Below are positions 1 to 12,830 of a stretch of 64,000 nt of DNA, one piece after another. The stretch is from Lama guanicoe (Eukaryota), in contig MU054187.1 of assembly GCA_013239625.1 (NCBI GenBank), positions 2,117,757 to 2,181,756 on the forward strand, written 5' to 3'. The translations under genes were made by a program, and so were the position numbers. The notes under the pieces are model-generated. The model worked only from the letters and a program-made list of their open reading frames with translations, was not told the origin of the DNA and made no database searches. Numbering within the stretch: position 1 is the stretch's first letter; each line of letters begins with the position of its first letter.

Positions 1-1028
1 CGGTTCCTTCCAGTGGACAACGGTCTCTCTTTAGGAAGCAAGGACTGATCGTCAGAAGTGCTTCTTGCTGTTAGGGTAGCGTTGCTTCAACACCCTTTCA
101 GTGGAGAGCGAAACAGTACGTATGACATTAACGTGTGTTTATTTGTTTTACCCGCAATACACATAACTCTGCCTTCCAGACAAACGGGCCTGGGGGAACA
201 GACCTGGCGAGGGAGGCGAAGGGAGGCGCTCACAGACCCTCATCCGTACCAGGTCTGCGTCCTCCTTAGCTCTGTGGCCACCGTCACCTCGGTAGCTCTG
301 TTTCTGTGGACCAGTACACTTCTCTTTTTTTGCTTAACTGACTTTGAGTTGCATTTCTCTCCCTTGTTACTAAACAGTCTAACTAAAATGGTTGGTAAGT
401 AAATTTGGATTTTTTTTAGGCTTTACAGAGAGTGGCATATTGTAATTCTAAGTCTAAGCTTAGATTCTAAGAATATGGTTCTTTAATGGCTCATCCTCTG
501 TTCTGTGTCAGCTTTGCTAGGAACAAGGGAAGAGGGACACGACAGAAGGGAAGTTTTCCTATTTTTTAAATTCCCCTAAAAATTTTTTCCTACTTGGTAA
601 AAACTTTCACAATTAAAAAAAAATGGAAATACGAAGATGTTTATAATGATACAGGGATCACACAAGGCAAAGGACATATGACTTCCCCAAATCATACTAA
701 TAAGGAAATTATCACCTGAGAGTTAAGCTATAAAATACTCACAGTAAGGATTGGGGCAGAGCCACTGAAAGCAATTGCCAGGAGACAGAAAGACAATGGG
801 CCTGCAAAACTTTAAAAATACTAATGCTCAAAATTGTATGACATTTTAAAACATCTACCAAAACAGAGAGAAAAATGCAATGTACACCCAAACATCCGTG
901 ACCCAGAATCAACAATTACTGAGATTTCACTCCCATTTCTCTCCTCTATCCTTTTTTTTTCTCTTTGCTGGGATACAGTTTAAAGCAAATAAATCCTGGT
1001 GTTATGGTGGAATACCCCTACGTATCTC

Positions 1029-1131
1029 TTTTATTATCATCATTATTATTTCTGGTGGAGGTGCTGGGAATTGAACCCAGGACCTTGTGCGTGCTGAGCA
1101 CGTATTCTACCACTGAGCTGCACCCTCCCTG
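1029..1131 (-). mobile_element. tRNA-derived SINE (camelid Vic-1-like)
   Basis: Reverse complement has A-box (agctcagtggtag) and B-box (gggttcaattcc) plus an A-rich tail; degenerate TSD ctac(g/a)tatctc at 1018-1028 and 1132-1142. Confidence 0.85.
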
Positions 1132-2532
1132 CTACATATCTCGATATACATCTCTGAAAAGCGAGTTTTCTGTCTTCCTGGAGATTACTTTCTAGTGGGG
1201 AAACATAAAACACACACACAAATAAATAATAAAAAGGCGATTACTGGGTGCGAAAAGTGGCATCGAGGATTGAGGACTGGAGAGATGGGGAAGGAGGGGG
1301 GCTCCTTCAGGCCTTCCTGGAGGAAATGGGATTTGAGGGGAGACGATGGAACTGTAGAAAGTGGGATTACAGAATTGAAAAGGCTGCAGTCCAGGTTTAG
1401 TCTTCATTTTCATCATTCTACTCCCTCCTGCTCTCCCAGCTGAACTTGTCCACCCATATCTGTTCACCTGAGAATCCGATGGTGCCCAGCTGTTGGCCTT
1501 CAGATCGTTTGGTTCCTTCTAATGGTAACTTCCGTGGGCCAGCAGACACCTAGCCTCCTAACCACGTGGAAATCCAACCATGCTTTAAAAGATGAGTGGG
1601 TAAATGTGTTCCTATAAAACATTTCCACAAATAACTACTGAAATAATACTCATATTATCTAAATTAACCGCATTAAGGTGAACTTATCTGTTCTCTTTTT
1701 CTCTTAAAAATGAGATTAACGTAACTGTGATGGGTGGGAATTAATTGGAAGGAACTTCGTGAAATCAGAACGGCTGGATCTCTGTCCTCCTTTCACCTCT
1801 GATAACTGTGACACCACGAGTGAGCCACACACTAGTCTCATTAGAAGGCCCTGTTGAGAAGAGCAGGAGCAGGGAGCCACCTGGTGTGTACGGCACCTGC
1901 TGGGCGAAACAGGTACGGGGCTAACAGTGCTCTTGATACGATGACTCTTGGAATTGGGCATCTGGGCAAACAAGCTGGCTGTTGACCAGCTCAGGCGCAT
2001 GATCCATCTCAGAAGAATTTTTGTGTATGGTGTGAGATAGAGTTCATGCTTAATTTTTCCCCAAAATAGCTTTATAGGTATTATTTAATTTAGCTCTTAC
2101 TGCAATATTATGAAGTACAAATCAGTGATATCCCCTTTAATACTTTAATAAGTGAGAAAACTGAGGCTTAGAGATGTTCAATAGCTTGCCTAAGACTCAG
2201 GCTTCTTCACTGAGGTAGCAACTACTAATATTTATTTTTTTCATAAGAAATTGTGGAAAACAATATTTCTACAAGGGAATATGCCCTTTGGAACATGCTG
2301 TTTTTTTAATCAGAGTTGTCTTATTTCTTGAAAACCAGTTTCCTTAAAACTGAGCACGTGACTACATGTCTGTTTTTCATTCTTGTCTCTCTGTGTAGAG
2401 CCTGGACTCAGCCCTCATTCTAGGGGAGGTGTGAGCCTCACCACCATGCTGCAGCTCTATCAGTCTGCCTTTTAAGTCAAGTAGAACCTAGGTAAATTAT
2501 TCTGGCCTTGCAATCAGAAGGCCTGAGTTTAA

Positions 2533-2636
2533 TTTTTTTTAGTAGTTTTTTTTTTTCAATGGAGGTACTGGGGATTGAACTCAGGACCTTATGCATGTTA
2601 AGTATGCGCTCTACCACTGAGCTACAAGCTCCTGCT
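2533..2636 (-). mobile_element. tRNA-derived SINE inserted into a MIR
   Basis: Same A/B-box body, poly(T) tail on +, exact TSD ctgagtttaa at 2523-2532 and 2637-2646. Confidence 0.88.
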
Positions 2637-4812
2637 CTGAGTTTAAGTCTTGACTCTGCTGCTCACCCATTTCCTCCTCTGTGAACTGTGGGCAACAGTC
2701 ACTCTGCTGACCTCAGAAAGCCGGTCTGAGTACATGTCAAGTGTCAGCTCTGAAAGACAATGGTCTTTCTCATCCATTCGTCACCACTTCCCCAGCACCT
2801 TATAAAGGGCCAGAACGTAGCAAACCCTCAGCAAAGGCGGTGGTACTGAATGAATGATTAAGCAAGGCAATGTCTATAAAGTTTATTGGAAATTTTAAAA
2901 CGGTATAGCGACGTTAAGATTTTTAAGTACTCATCTATGAACAGATGATTTGTGTGTGTTGATGTTAGCTGTGCTGTACCCTGAGTGAAGCCCACCCACC
3001 ACTGCCCAGGTTGCTCACGATGGAGTCTGGGCCCTGTCTGAGTGCCTGGCGGGGAGTGGGCGCCGTGAACTGCCTTTCACTCTTGCTAGCTATTTTTTCA
3101 AAATGCTAGGCAAAGTGGTGGTTTGTTATTTTTGCTAATAAATATTTTCTGGCACCTCAAGAGAATTTGAAAGCCAGCATTTTTCTTTCTTCAGATTTTT
3201 GTTGTCCTGGAGTACTGATTTGCATTTTTGTTATATATTTTTTCTTGATTCTATTTCACGAGAAAAGTAAGTGCTTATAAATGAGGCATCTGCATTTTGT
3301 TCTTTATTTCTGGAAGGCAGAGATACCTTTAACCCATGCCTTTCACCTCTAATGGGTTTTTTGTTTTATTTTGATTTGATTTTCTTTCAGTTCTGCTACC
3401 TTAATAGACAAAGCTTGAAATATTATATTTAGGATCTCTTTGCTGGAAGAGCAAACTGAACATTTCATTTACTGTTGCAGTCCCTGCAGCCCCCGTGGGG
3501 ACAGTGTCACTGTTTCCATGCTCGTGACTGTTGGGTGCGATAGTCTTTCATTATGACTAAATCTTCTGAATTGGCTGGCTCTGGGGAGGGAGAGAAAGGT
3601 GTAAATATTTGAGCCTTCCCTGCATGTAGCAGTTCAACAGGGTCACATCAGCCCAGTGCCTCCCTGAGTCCAGTACCTCCGTGAGTCAGCCCATTTGCAT
3701 AGAGAACAGGGTACTGGGAGGTACAGCTGTCAGTGGTGTCAGGTTTGAACACAAGAATGATTATTTCGAGTTTAAAAATACATGGAGGAGAATGGAGTTC
3801 ACTCATATATACCCTCCACGATTGCTCTGAGTGACAATAATGTTTTTATGCTGATATAGAATCATGGGGCTTTAGAAACTGGAGGTTCTATTCTTAGTCC
3901 CTCATCTTTTATGTAAAGAATTGAAGGCCCAGAGAGGCCAGTAGCCTGTCGAAGTTCAGGCCGCTAGCTAGGGGCCAAGGCAATGCAGAAACCCGGGCCG
4001 CGGGCTGTGCGGGCCAGCTTTCCCTGAACTACAGGTGCTCTGTGACACTTGTTGATTTTATTATTATTCAGTTTGGAGATTACTCAGGAGATTCTTCTAT
4101 TTTAAGAACGTTTGCTAATTGTACCTAACAGCCCCGGGAGGCGAGTCTCCCACCCAGCAGTGTTGAACTCTTTAGCGCATTTGGTTAAGATTTAATGGGA
4201 AGGAGTTTTTCTAAAAGATAAAAATAAACTTTTTGCAAGATTCTGTGATTTTTACCTATGACTCCATGGTTTCCTCTCAAGTTAATTAAAAATACTTCAA
4301 CATGTTTGTGTTTCTTTATCATGCGAACATAGATTCCTATCCGTATATTACCAGAAATCTGGTAATTATCTGATTCCGGATAATATTATCTATTAATGTG
4401 CTTCACCCCATGACATCAAAGAAAGAAACAGAAAATAGTGCATTGCAGTCGGGTTCACAGTAGCACATGGACTTCAGTGGACAAGGTGCATTAGTACAAG
4501 TCAAACCACATTCTTTGCAATAAAATTAGAAGAAAATTGAAATTAGAGGGTTAGAGACATTGTGGTTTGTGGAAGAGGTTGGACTGCTAGAGAGGGAGGC
4601 TTTAAAAAGTACAATGTGAAAATGTTGGTTGAAGGAAACTATTTAAATTTTATTATATATGTTGTAAAGTAGAGGCAACTACAACTTTTTTTTCCAGTTT
4701 TGCATGAGATATTTTTTAAAGGAGTTGCCTACGATTACCAAGACACCCATAATCAGATTTCATTGTCAGTATCCTTACAGAAGAAATAGTTTCAGCATTT
4801 ACTTTTGTCTTG

Positions 4813-5232
4813 GGTTAAAATAAAAGACTCAAAGAATATTTAAGAGAAAAGAAAGTACGAGAGAAATACAGAGAAGGAGGGAGAGAGTTAAACCTGAGAG
4901 AAGAACCTCCCTTCAGACACCTGCGTTGTAACTGTAAGATAAATGGCTCTTTTTCATCTAGTGCAGGGTGTTGCATGACCCAAGGCTTGCTCTGTACCTG
5001 CATAATGGGCCAAAAAATCTCTGACAAAGTTTACATACAACGTGGACCTGACACCATGATACATACATTCTTTGTTGCCAAGAAAGTATAAAACTGCATC
5101 TCTAACTCCTGACCAGGGATGGCCCTCAAATCTTTGGAAAGTGTTATCCAGGTTATAACCCTCAGTTTGGCTTGAAAAAACTTCTCTTTTCTTTATTCTT
5201 TCCTTGATTGTCTCTTGATTCTTTGGTCGACA
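4813..5232 (+). mobile_element. Solo ERV1-type LTR
   Basis: TATA (gtataaaa ~5087), ends ...ggtcgaca, 4-bp TSD cttg at 4809-4812 and 5233-5236; the 3' end resembles the LTR at 55922-56374. Confidence 0.65.
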
Positions 5233-5892
5233 CTTGTTTTTGTGTTTATGGCCTGCTCTTCCCTGGCTAGAATGTGAGTTCCACCGGGATGGAGGGTTTT
5301 GCCTGTTTGTTCAGTTTCGCACCCAGTGCCAGTCGCAGTTCCTGTCACCCCGCAGACGCTGAAATGTTTGCTCGCTGGATGTGCGAATGGACCTCGGGGT
5401 CCTGCAGACCTGCTGAGAATCCTACCGTGTGACCCGTGGTGGGTAACGGCCACCTTTGGGACCAAGATTGCTGATCTGTAAACAGAGACAGTGAGGCTCT
5501 CATGTGCTGTTTTGAGGAACAAGTCACACCACTGTACGGAAGCGCACAGTAGTAGCCTCAGTAGGTCCTCTGTGGATCATTGTGTGTTTTCTTAATCACT
5601 TACTCATCTGAGTCTTTCAACCACAATTTTTTTTTTCATATTTATACAGAAAAATTTTAGTGGCTCTTTTCTTGCCTGGTTGGTAAGATATTGTCATATA
5701 ATATTAAGATCTTAGTATTACAACTGTAGTTTAAAATACCGTGAGTTATTTTTCCTAACAATTTTATTCAAGAAAATTTTCTATGCAGTTATTTATAAGT
5801 TTTTTTCTAGAAAATGTTAGGACGTGGGTTGCTTTCACTGTTCACGGTTAAGAAGTACATGATTGGTCTTGTATGCTGGAATCCCAGACGTG

Positions 5893-6374
5893 ATATTGAG
5901 CATTTTTTCATGTGCTTTTTGATCATCTGTATGTCTTCCTTGGAGAGTTGCTTGTTTAGGTCTTCTGCCCATTTTTGGATTGGGTTGTTTATTTTTTTCT
6001 TATTGAGTCGTATGAGCTGCTTATATATTTTGGAGATCAAGCCTTTGTCGGTTTCACTTGCAAAAATTTTCTCCCATTCCGTAGGTTTTCTTCTTGTTTT
6101 ATTTCTGGTTTCCTTTGCTCTGCAGAAGCTTGTAAGTTTCATTAGGTCCCATTTGTTTATTCTTGCTTTTATTTCTTCTAGGAGAAAATTTTTGAAATGT
6201 ATGTCAGATAATGTTTTGCCTATGTTTTCCTCTAGGAGGTTTATTGTATCTTGTCTTATGTTTAAGTCTTTAATCCATTTTGAGTTGATTTTTGTATATG
6301 GTGTAAGGGTGTGTTCTAGCTTCATTGTTTTACATGCTGCTGTCCAGTTTTCCCAACACCATTTGCTGAATGGG
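5893..6374 (-). mobile_element. Young L1 ORF2 internal fragment, no 3' UTR or poly(A), with TSD
   Basis: Minus [26 protein letters not shown]...INKWDLMKL...EWEKIFA...[10 protein letters not shown] is the L1 ORF2 C-terminal region and is stop-free; atcccagacgtg is repeated at 5881-5892 and 6375-6386. Confidence 0.93.
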
Positions 6375-7168
6375 ATCCCAGACGTGGTTGCTGCAGGCTA
6401 CATAAAGCATTGCCCGTTCCCTCTGATAAGCCATAATAAAAGTAATTTTTAGAAAATTAATTGCTTTCTGATGTTTAATATTCAATGGAAAAAAGTGAAC
6501 ATCAATTATTCTACATTTTTTCCCTTTACTGCTAGGATTTGATGACAGCTTTGGATTTAAAAAATTAAATTACTAATAATTTTCTAAATGGTAGACATAC
6601 TATTTAATATTTTAATTAATGGTTAGTGTTGTATTAACACTTAATGTGACTGTTCATATCCATCTAACCTAAAATTTTAAAAACAAACTTCACTGTGATT
6701 AATACGGTTTTAAAGGCAGAATGCTGTGACAGTACACTAGCTGCCGAAAATATCGCTCAGATCTTAAATTTACTCGCCTCTTATGTTATTTTTCACCTGA
6801 AAGACCTTTTTATTAAAGTATTCCTCCCTTGTCTAATTACATATCTATGTGAGTCCAGATATTCGTCTCTTATTTGTTTTGTTGTGTGATTGTGACAAAA
6901 TTCTGCAGAGTTTTAAACTCTACGCAGACAAACTAGGGGAGGAGCACGAACGTCTTCTCCGCTTTCCCATCCCCGGGCTCCATGCGCCCTCTGCTCCCCC
7001 ACCCCTCACCCCCCTCCCCACGCTGGGCACCTGCTGTTTGCTCGGTCCGGCATCCTGACTCCTCCCCTGCGCATCACCGAGTCCCTGGATCTGTCACAGA
7101 GTCATAAACGAGATCAAGGTTCACGTCTGCTTATTTCGCTGGCTTCTTCCGTGCAGCAGTATGTCTTA

Positions 7169-7265
7169 GAAACTTTAAATGTCAGTACAGAAAAGTCTAC
7201 CTTATTCTTTTTAGTTTCCTGGAAACTTTAAATGTCAGAGCAAATAGATGTACCTTTCCATTCTT
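7169..7265 (+). repeat. Degenerate 53-bp tandem duplication in an old L1-like stretch
   Basis: gaaactttaaatgtcag at 7169-7185 and 7222-7238, each followed by ...tacctt...attctt. Confidence 0.75.
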
Positions 7266-8980
7266 AGCGGTGAAGGCCATGGCACAGTGTTAATGCCACA
7301 CTTTATTTGACTCTTTCTTCCATGACAGCTTAATATTTAGATTTTAATCTATCTGTTATTTATTTTTGTATTTAGTATAAGATGTTTACTCAGCTATACG
7401 TTAAAGAACCCATCTTTTCTTTATCAATTTGAGATACTACTTTATTATATTTTATAATATTATGCCTAATTCTGCTTCTTAACTCATTTTTCTTATTTTC
7501 CTATTGCTATTCCAAGATAATTACGGAGTAATTATTAAATGTTTGATTATCTGCTACAGCAAGTTAATCTATATTATGATTTTTTTTCCCCTAAAAGTAT
7601 TCAGGTTTTTCTTGCCATTTGATTTATTTCCTTAATGAGCTAGAAACAGCTTGTCAGAAGATAGACTCTTTGGAGGGTTGATTTAGGCTGAGAGATTAAC
7701 ATGTTAGAAGCGCTGACTTTTTAGAGTGTTGAGTCTCCTACAGTGACAGCTGTATGTCTCTCTCTCTTTTTTTTTCTGGTTTCCTTTGCTGTCCCTCAAT
7801 AAGGGCTTCTTTGTAACGGCCTTGCATGTCTCTCTGTGGTTACACTCAGAGCTACACCACAGTAGGATCTTTCTCCTGCTACATTTTGCAGTAGGTTACA
7901 GCTGTCATGTAGGCAAGATATTGTTTTCTTTGCATGTTTATCTTGCTTCTCATTAAGAAACAGTCTGTCCCCCAAAACTTACAAATTTAATGCAAAGAAA
8001 AGCCAATATTTAAATTAGAATATAAGAATAATTAGAGGCACAATTGTGTGATTCACTCTGTAAATTACTTTCAGAGCTCTGAAAGGTTCAAGTAAGCTTA
8101 TCATGATCATATGGGGAATGCTGGAGGAAACCCTGACCTGATCTTCTAAGGAGAAGCAGCTCTTTAAGCAGTAGGTCCTAGTGAACATTGGCCTAGTCAT
8201 GAAATAGAGTATGAGACTTGTTAAAAGGATGATTGGCATTTCTGGACAGATCAGAGGGTAAAATCTAAAGACCAGTGTGGACAATAAACAGAAAGGAAGC
8301 GGGTGGTGATTATGGAAGCTCGCCAAAGTCAAGCCGAGTATTTCGAATTTAATTCAACAAACAGTGGGAATCATTTTGGGGTCAGAGATGTGACATTGAG
8401 AAGGCAGAATTGTAGAGTTTTTTCTGGCATACTGGATGCAATCTGGAATCAGGGTAGCCCACTGGAAAGCTACTCCAGTAATAGAATCTTACAGAGCAAA
8501 GGGCCAGAGAGAAAGTGGTGATGAAATAAGGCATTTTCAAAAAACGTAGGACAAAAATTGAATACAAAGGAAAAATAATATTTACACGATTTTTATCTCA
8601 GTAGAAGCTTACCTCCAGCACGGGTGCCACAGAAATGGCCCGGCGACCTCCCTCCATCCTTCTGTTCCACGTGTGGCGCAGAGCGACTCCTCTTAACCTG
8701 GGTTCCACACCGTATTGGCTTCACTTAGGGAGAGGCGTGGGCAGTTTCCCCTCAAAAGTCCAGGATGCAGCCCAGAATTCACTTTCAACAAGGCTTTTCA
8801 GGGGAAGAGAATTAATTTCACTCATTAAGGAGATGTTGAGTTTCTTTGTAAATGCGTTTTAAAAATTGAAGACTTGTTTTTCCTGTGGTACTTAAATAAG
8901 GGTGACACAGCTCTCTGCAATTGTTCAGGGTTGTTTGTGTGTTCGTTCGCAGGTTTCCACTGGGAGAGGGGAGCACTTCT

Positions 8981-9108
8981 TTTGGGGAAGTAATTAGGTT
9001 TACTTATTTGTTATTATTATTTTGATTTAACGGAGACACTGGGGATTGAACCCATGACCACAAGGTCACGCTAAGCAAGCACTCTACCACTGAGCTATGC
9101 CCTCTCCT
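8981..9108 (-). mobile_element. tRNA-derived SINE, long-tailed form
   Basis: ctggggattgaaccc...ctctaccactgagctat body with a gtaattaggttta tail; TSD ggg(a/g)gcacttct on both sides. Confidence 0.85.
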
Positions 9109-9719
9109 TGGGGGGCACTTCTGACAAGAGCTAAAGCTATTGGCAATAGCGTGAAAAAAGATGATTAGTTTTTGAGCTTTCAGGCAAGAACACTGTTGAA
9201 TTAAAAAGCCCAGTGCATCACTATAAGCAAATCAGATTTAGTGGAACAATTAGAACAGAGCTGAGCTGACACCCACGCTTTCAGATGTCCGGGGAAGAAG
9301 CGCTATTTTCCCTCAAGCCTGATTTTTGAATTGTTTGCTTTCATTTTTCCCCCGACAAAACAGGAGACCTTTGTGCGACTCAGTTCCAGCATCCTTGTAT
9401 TTATTATCAACATATTTCACCTGCTGCACCTGGCAGGTGTCAGATCCACGCAACCAGCGACCATCCGGGGTCTCGTCAGCCGAGGCGCTGACCTGAGCCT
9501 CCCCGGCACGTGCAGCGTCCTGCTCCTTACCGTCTGCTGCCGGGTGGGCGGGAACTCTAAATGTGCCATAGGCTGGATTTTAATGAGAAAAACAAAATGG
9601 CAGGAGCGACCGGATGCCCCACCAGGAGTCCTTCCCTGTTCTCACTGATTTTGTGCATTTCATCAAGCGGGCCGCACCTCCAGCACAAAGATGATTTATG
9701 AGGAGTGTTCTCATGCATG

Positions 9720-11470
9720 GTCCCATCTTGCTGACTTCGTCCAAAGCGTTTTGAGTTAGTTTTTGTATAAGATGTGAAGTTTAGGTAAAGGCTCATTTCC
9801 TTCCTTTTCAGGGCTGAAAGGTATTTTCCTGTTTGCACAGACTGCGTTTTGATCGTCCGCTCACCTGCTGGTAAAACCTGGGGTTGCTTCTACCTCTCGT
9901 CCATGGTGAACAGCGCAGCTACAAGCCCAGGTGTGCAAACACCTCTCTGAGACCTCGCTTTCAGTTCTTTTGGCTAAATTCCCAGAAGTGGGAGTCCTGG
10001 ATTATATGGTGGCTCTGTTTTTAATTTTTTGAGGAATCTCCATACAGTTTTCAGTCGATGCACCATTTTACGATCCCACCAGCAGTGCACAAGGTTTCAG
10101 ATGTCCCCCCATCTTTGCCAACACTTACTACGTTCTGTTTGTACTGACAGTAGCCATCCTCGTGGGTGCGAGGCGCATCCTGGGGTTTGCGCGTCTCTGG
10201 TGGCTAGTGGTGCAGGGCATCTTTCCACAGGCTTGTGCTGTTTGTGTATCATCTTTGAAGAAGTAACTGTTCAAGTCCTTTGCCTGTATTTTTAATCAGG
10301 CTATTTGATTTTTGGTTGTTGAGAGATGGGAGTTGCATGTATTTATAGGATATTTTCCCCCAATCAGATACATGATTTGCAAATGTATATTCTGCCATCA
10401 TGTAAGCTACCTTTTCATTCTGCTGATTGTCTTTTGATACAGGAAAGTTTTAAAGTTTAATTATCCTAATTTGTATATGTTTGCTTTTGACAGTTGTGCT
10501 TTTGCTTCATATCTAAGAAGTCATCGTCAAGTCCAATGTCAGGGAAGTTTCCCGTTTTCTTCTAGGAGCCTTATATTTTCAGGTCTTATGTTTAGGTTTT
10601 TAACTCATTTTGAGTTAATTTTTATATATGGTATAAGATAAGGATACAACTTTCTTTTGCCTGAGGATATAATTCTTACATATTTGCCAATACATAATTA
10701 AGAATTTTTGTGCATATATTCATAAGGAGTTATGGATTGTAGTTTTGCTTTTTAAAATGTTTTCTACATCTGCTTTTTATCTGTGTAATACTAACTTCAA
10801 AAAATCAATTGAGAGTATGCCCTCTCTCTTCTATTTTCCAGAAGCCATTGTGTAGGACTGGTGTTAATGTTTTAAACTAGCGGCAGAAGTATCCAGGGAA
10901 ACCATTAGGTTCTAAGTTTTTTTTTAGAGTTCTTAAAGTAAGATTTAAATTTCCTTGATCATTCCAAGCTGTTCAAGTTCTTTACTTCACGTGGAGTGAG
11001 CAGCGATCATTTGTTTTTGAGAAAGTTTCATCTAAGTTGTCAAATGTCAAATGCAGAGTTGCTGGTGGTGCTCCCGTAGTTCCCTTTAGAAGACCTCAGA
11101 GTCTGTGCTGGTAGCTCCTCTTTCGTTCCTAATGGTTACTTGTGTCTTTTCTCTCTTTCCTTTGTAGTCCTGCTGGACGTTTGCCAATTTTCCTGATCTT
11201 TCAATGAACCAGCTTTTATTTTTCCGTTAATTTTCCCCATTGTTTTTCTGTTTTCAGTTTCTTCAGTTTCTGTTTTTATCTTTATTGTGTACTTCCTTAA
11301 GCATTCTTCGTGCTTATGTTATCCATTGTGGTCAGAGAACACACCGCATGATTTCCCTTCTTTTAAGTACATCGGGGTTTTTCTCATGGCCCAGGATATG
11401 GTCTAATATCGGTACATGATTTATGGAGACTTTAAAAGGATGTGTAGACTGCTCTTGTCGGGTCAGATGT
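9720..11470 (-). mobile_element. Old L1 (ORF2 and 3' region fragments)
   Basis: Typical antisense L1 text (ttttgagttaatttttatatatggtataag; tttttgaggaatctccatacagttt; cccaccagcagtgcacaagg). Confidence 0.85.
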
Positions 11471-12737
11471 GACCCAACACCTGCTGTGTAACAGTTCCAA
11501 CAGCTCCCTCGTGGCCTCGCGAACTGAAGGACTTGGAAATGTCAGAAAGTAAATGAGGTGTGATGCCGTCTCTGATTTGGATACAAGCAGCTTTTAAGGC
11601 ATAATTAACTAACAAATACTTGTAAGATTCTATATGTAGTATTTTTGATAATTTTATAAGGAATTCACTTCTTTAGCTTTCAATCAAATCAAATTTAACC
11701 ATAAAAAGCAAAAAGATGAGACCACATGATTCACAAAGCATATGACTTATTCACACCAGACCTAAAATAAACCCATCAATAACTGTGTGTTAGATCCATG
11801 CTTGGCACACAGAGAGGAAGAAAAAAAGTACGTTTTGAAACTCAGGTTGAACAACTAAGTTATTGAATGACTCACAGTAGGTTGACATCCCACCCTGTTG
11901 CCTGGACGCCAGCACTCGGAGTTAATGGTGACCATCCCTGGTGACTCAGAAAACTCAAATAAAAACAGAATCAAACATTATTCAGCCAATTGGAGCTTAC
12001 ACCTTCTCCTACAAGGCTGGGTACTTGTTTATTTGAGACGTCAATTCTCTGGCTGTTCCTTCTTCCAGGGAGCTAACCCCCAGTTGAATGAATAAGCACT
12101 AAGAATACAGACCCAGATAAAGGTGGCAAGGTTACTTGGAAGTGAGAGGAATGAAACTAACGGAGTGGCCTGGGCGTGTATGTATTTGCTGTTTATGCAA
12201 GCTTACAGTTTCATCATCGATAGCAGCCGTGTTGAGGGGCTTTTCTTTAGGGAACATTCTTGAGTATTTTCAGAAGGGAGAGCAAGTTTTAGCTATGGGG
12301 CATCTGCTTCTAAACATTCCGCTGGCTTTCCACTGCTGTCTAATGTTCGTTGAACACAGTGTGGCTCAGACACTGTTCTAAATGCTTTGCAGATGCCAAC
12401 TTATTTGGTCCTCTCAAAAACATTAAAATACTATTTACAAAGAAGCAAATCAAAGCACCAAATGGCTCAGTAACTTGCCACACACAGATGGTAAGACGTG
12501 GACTGGCGGGGTTGCACCCAGACCCGCGTCTGCATGCCCCACCTCACCACGCGACCCCTGTGCTCTCCCACCTGTTAGGTCAAATACGCATGTTCAGCAA
12601 AAACTAGTTCCTGCTGTCTTGTATAATGTAAGGATCCGTGAAGCTGGAAGTACTGCTCAGACGAGAGTGTATGAGGACACAGAAAAATATTTAAATTTTT
12701 TTCAAGAGGAGTTTAAGAAAGATTGGTGTTACAAGTG

Positions 12738-12830
12738 TGTTTTTGTTGTTAATGGAGGTACCGCGGATTGAACCCAGGACCTCGTGCGTGCCAAGCACTC
12801 AGTCTACCACTGAGCTATACCCCGCACCCC
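12738..12830 (-). mobile_element. tRNA-derived SINE
   Basis: atggaggtaccgcggattgaacccaggacctcgtgc...ctaccactgagctatacccc. Confidence 0.85.

Noticed and set aside
5814..6452. 212-aa hydrophobic plus-strand ORF
   Set aside because: It is the antisense reading of L1 ORF2, a common source of spurious membrane-protein calls.
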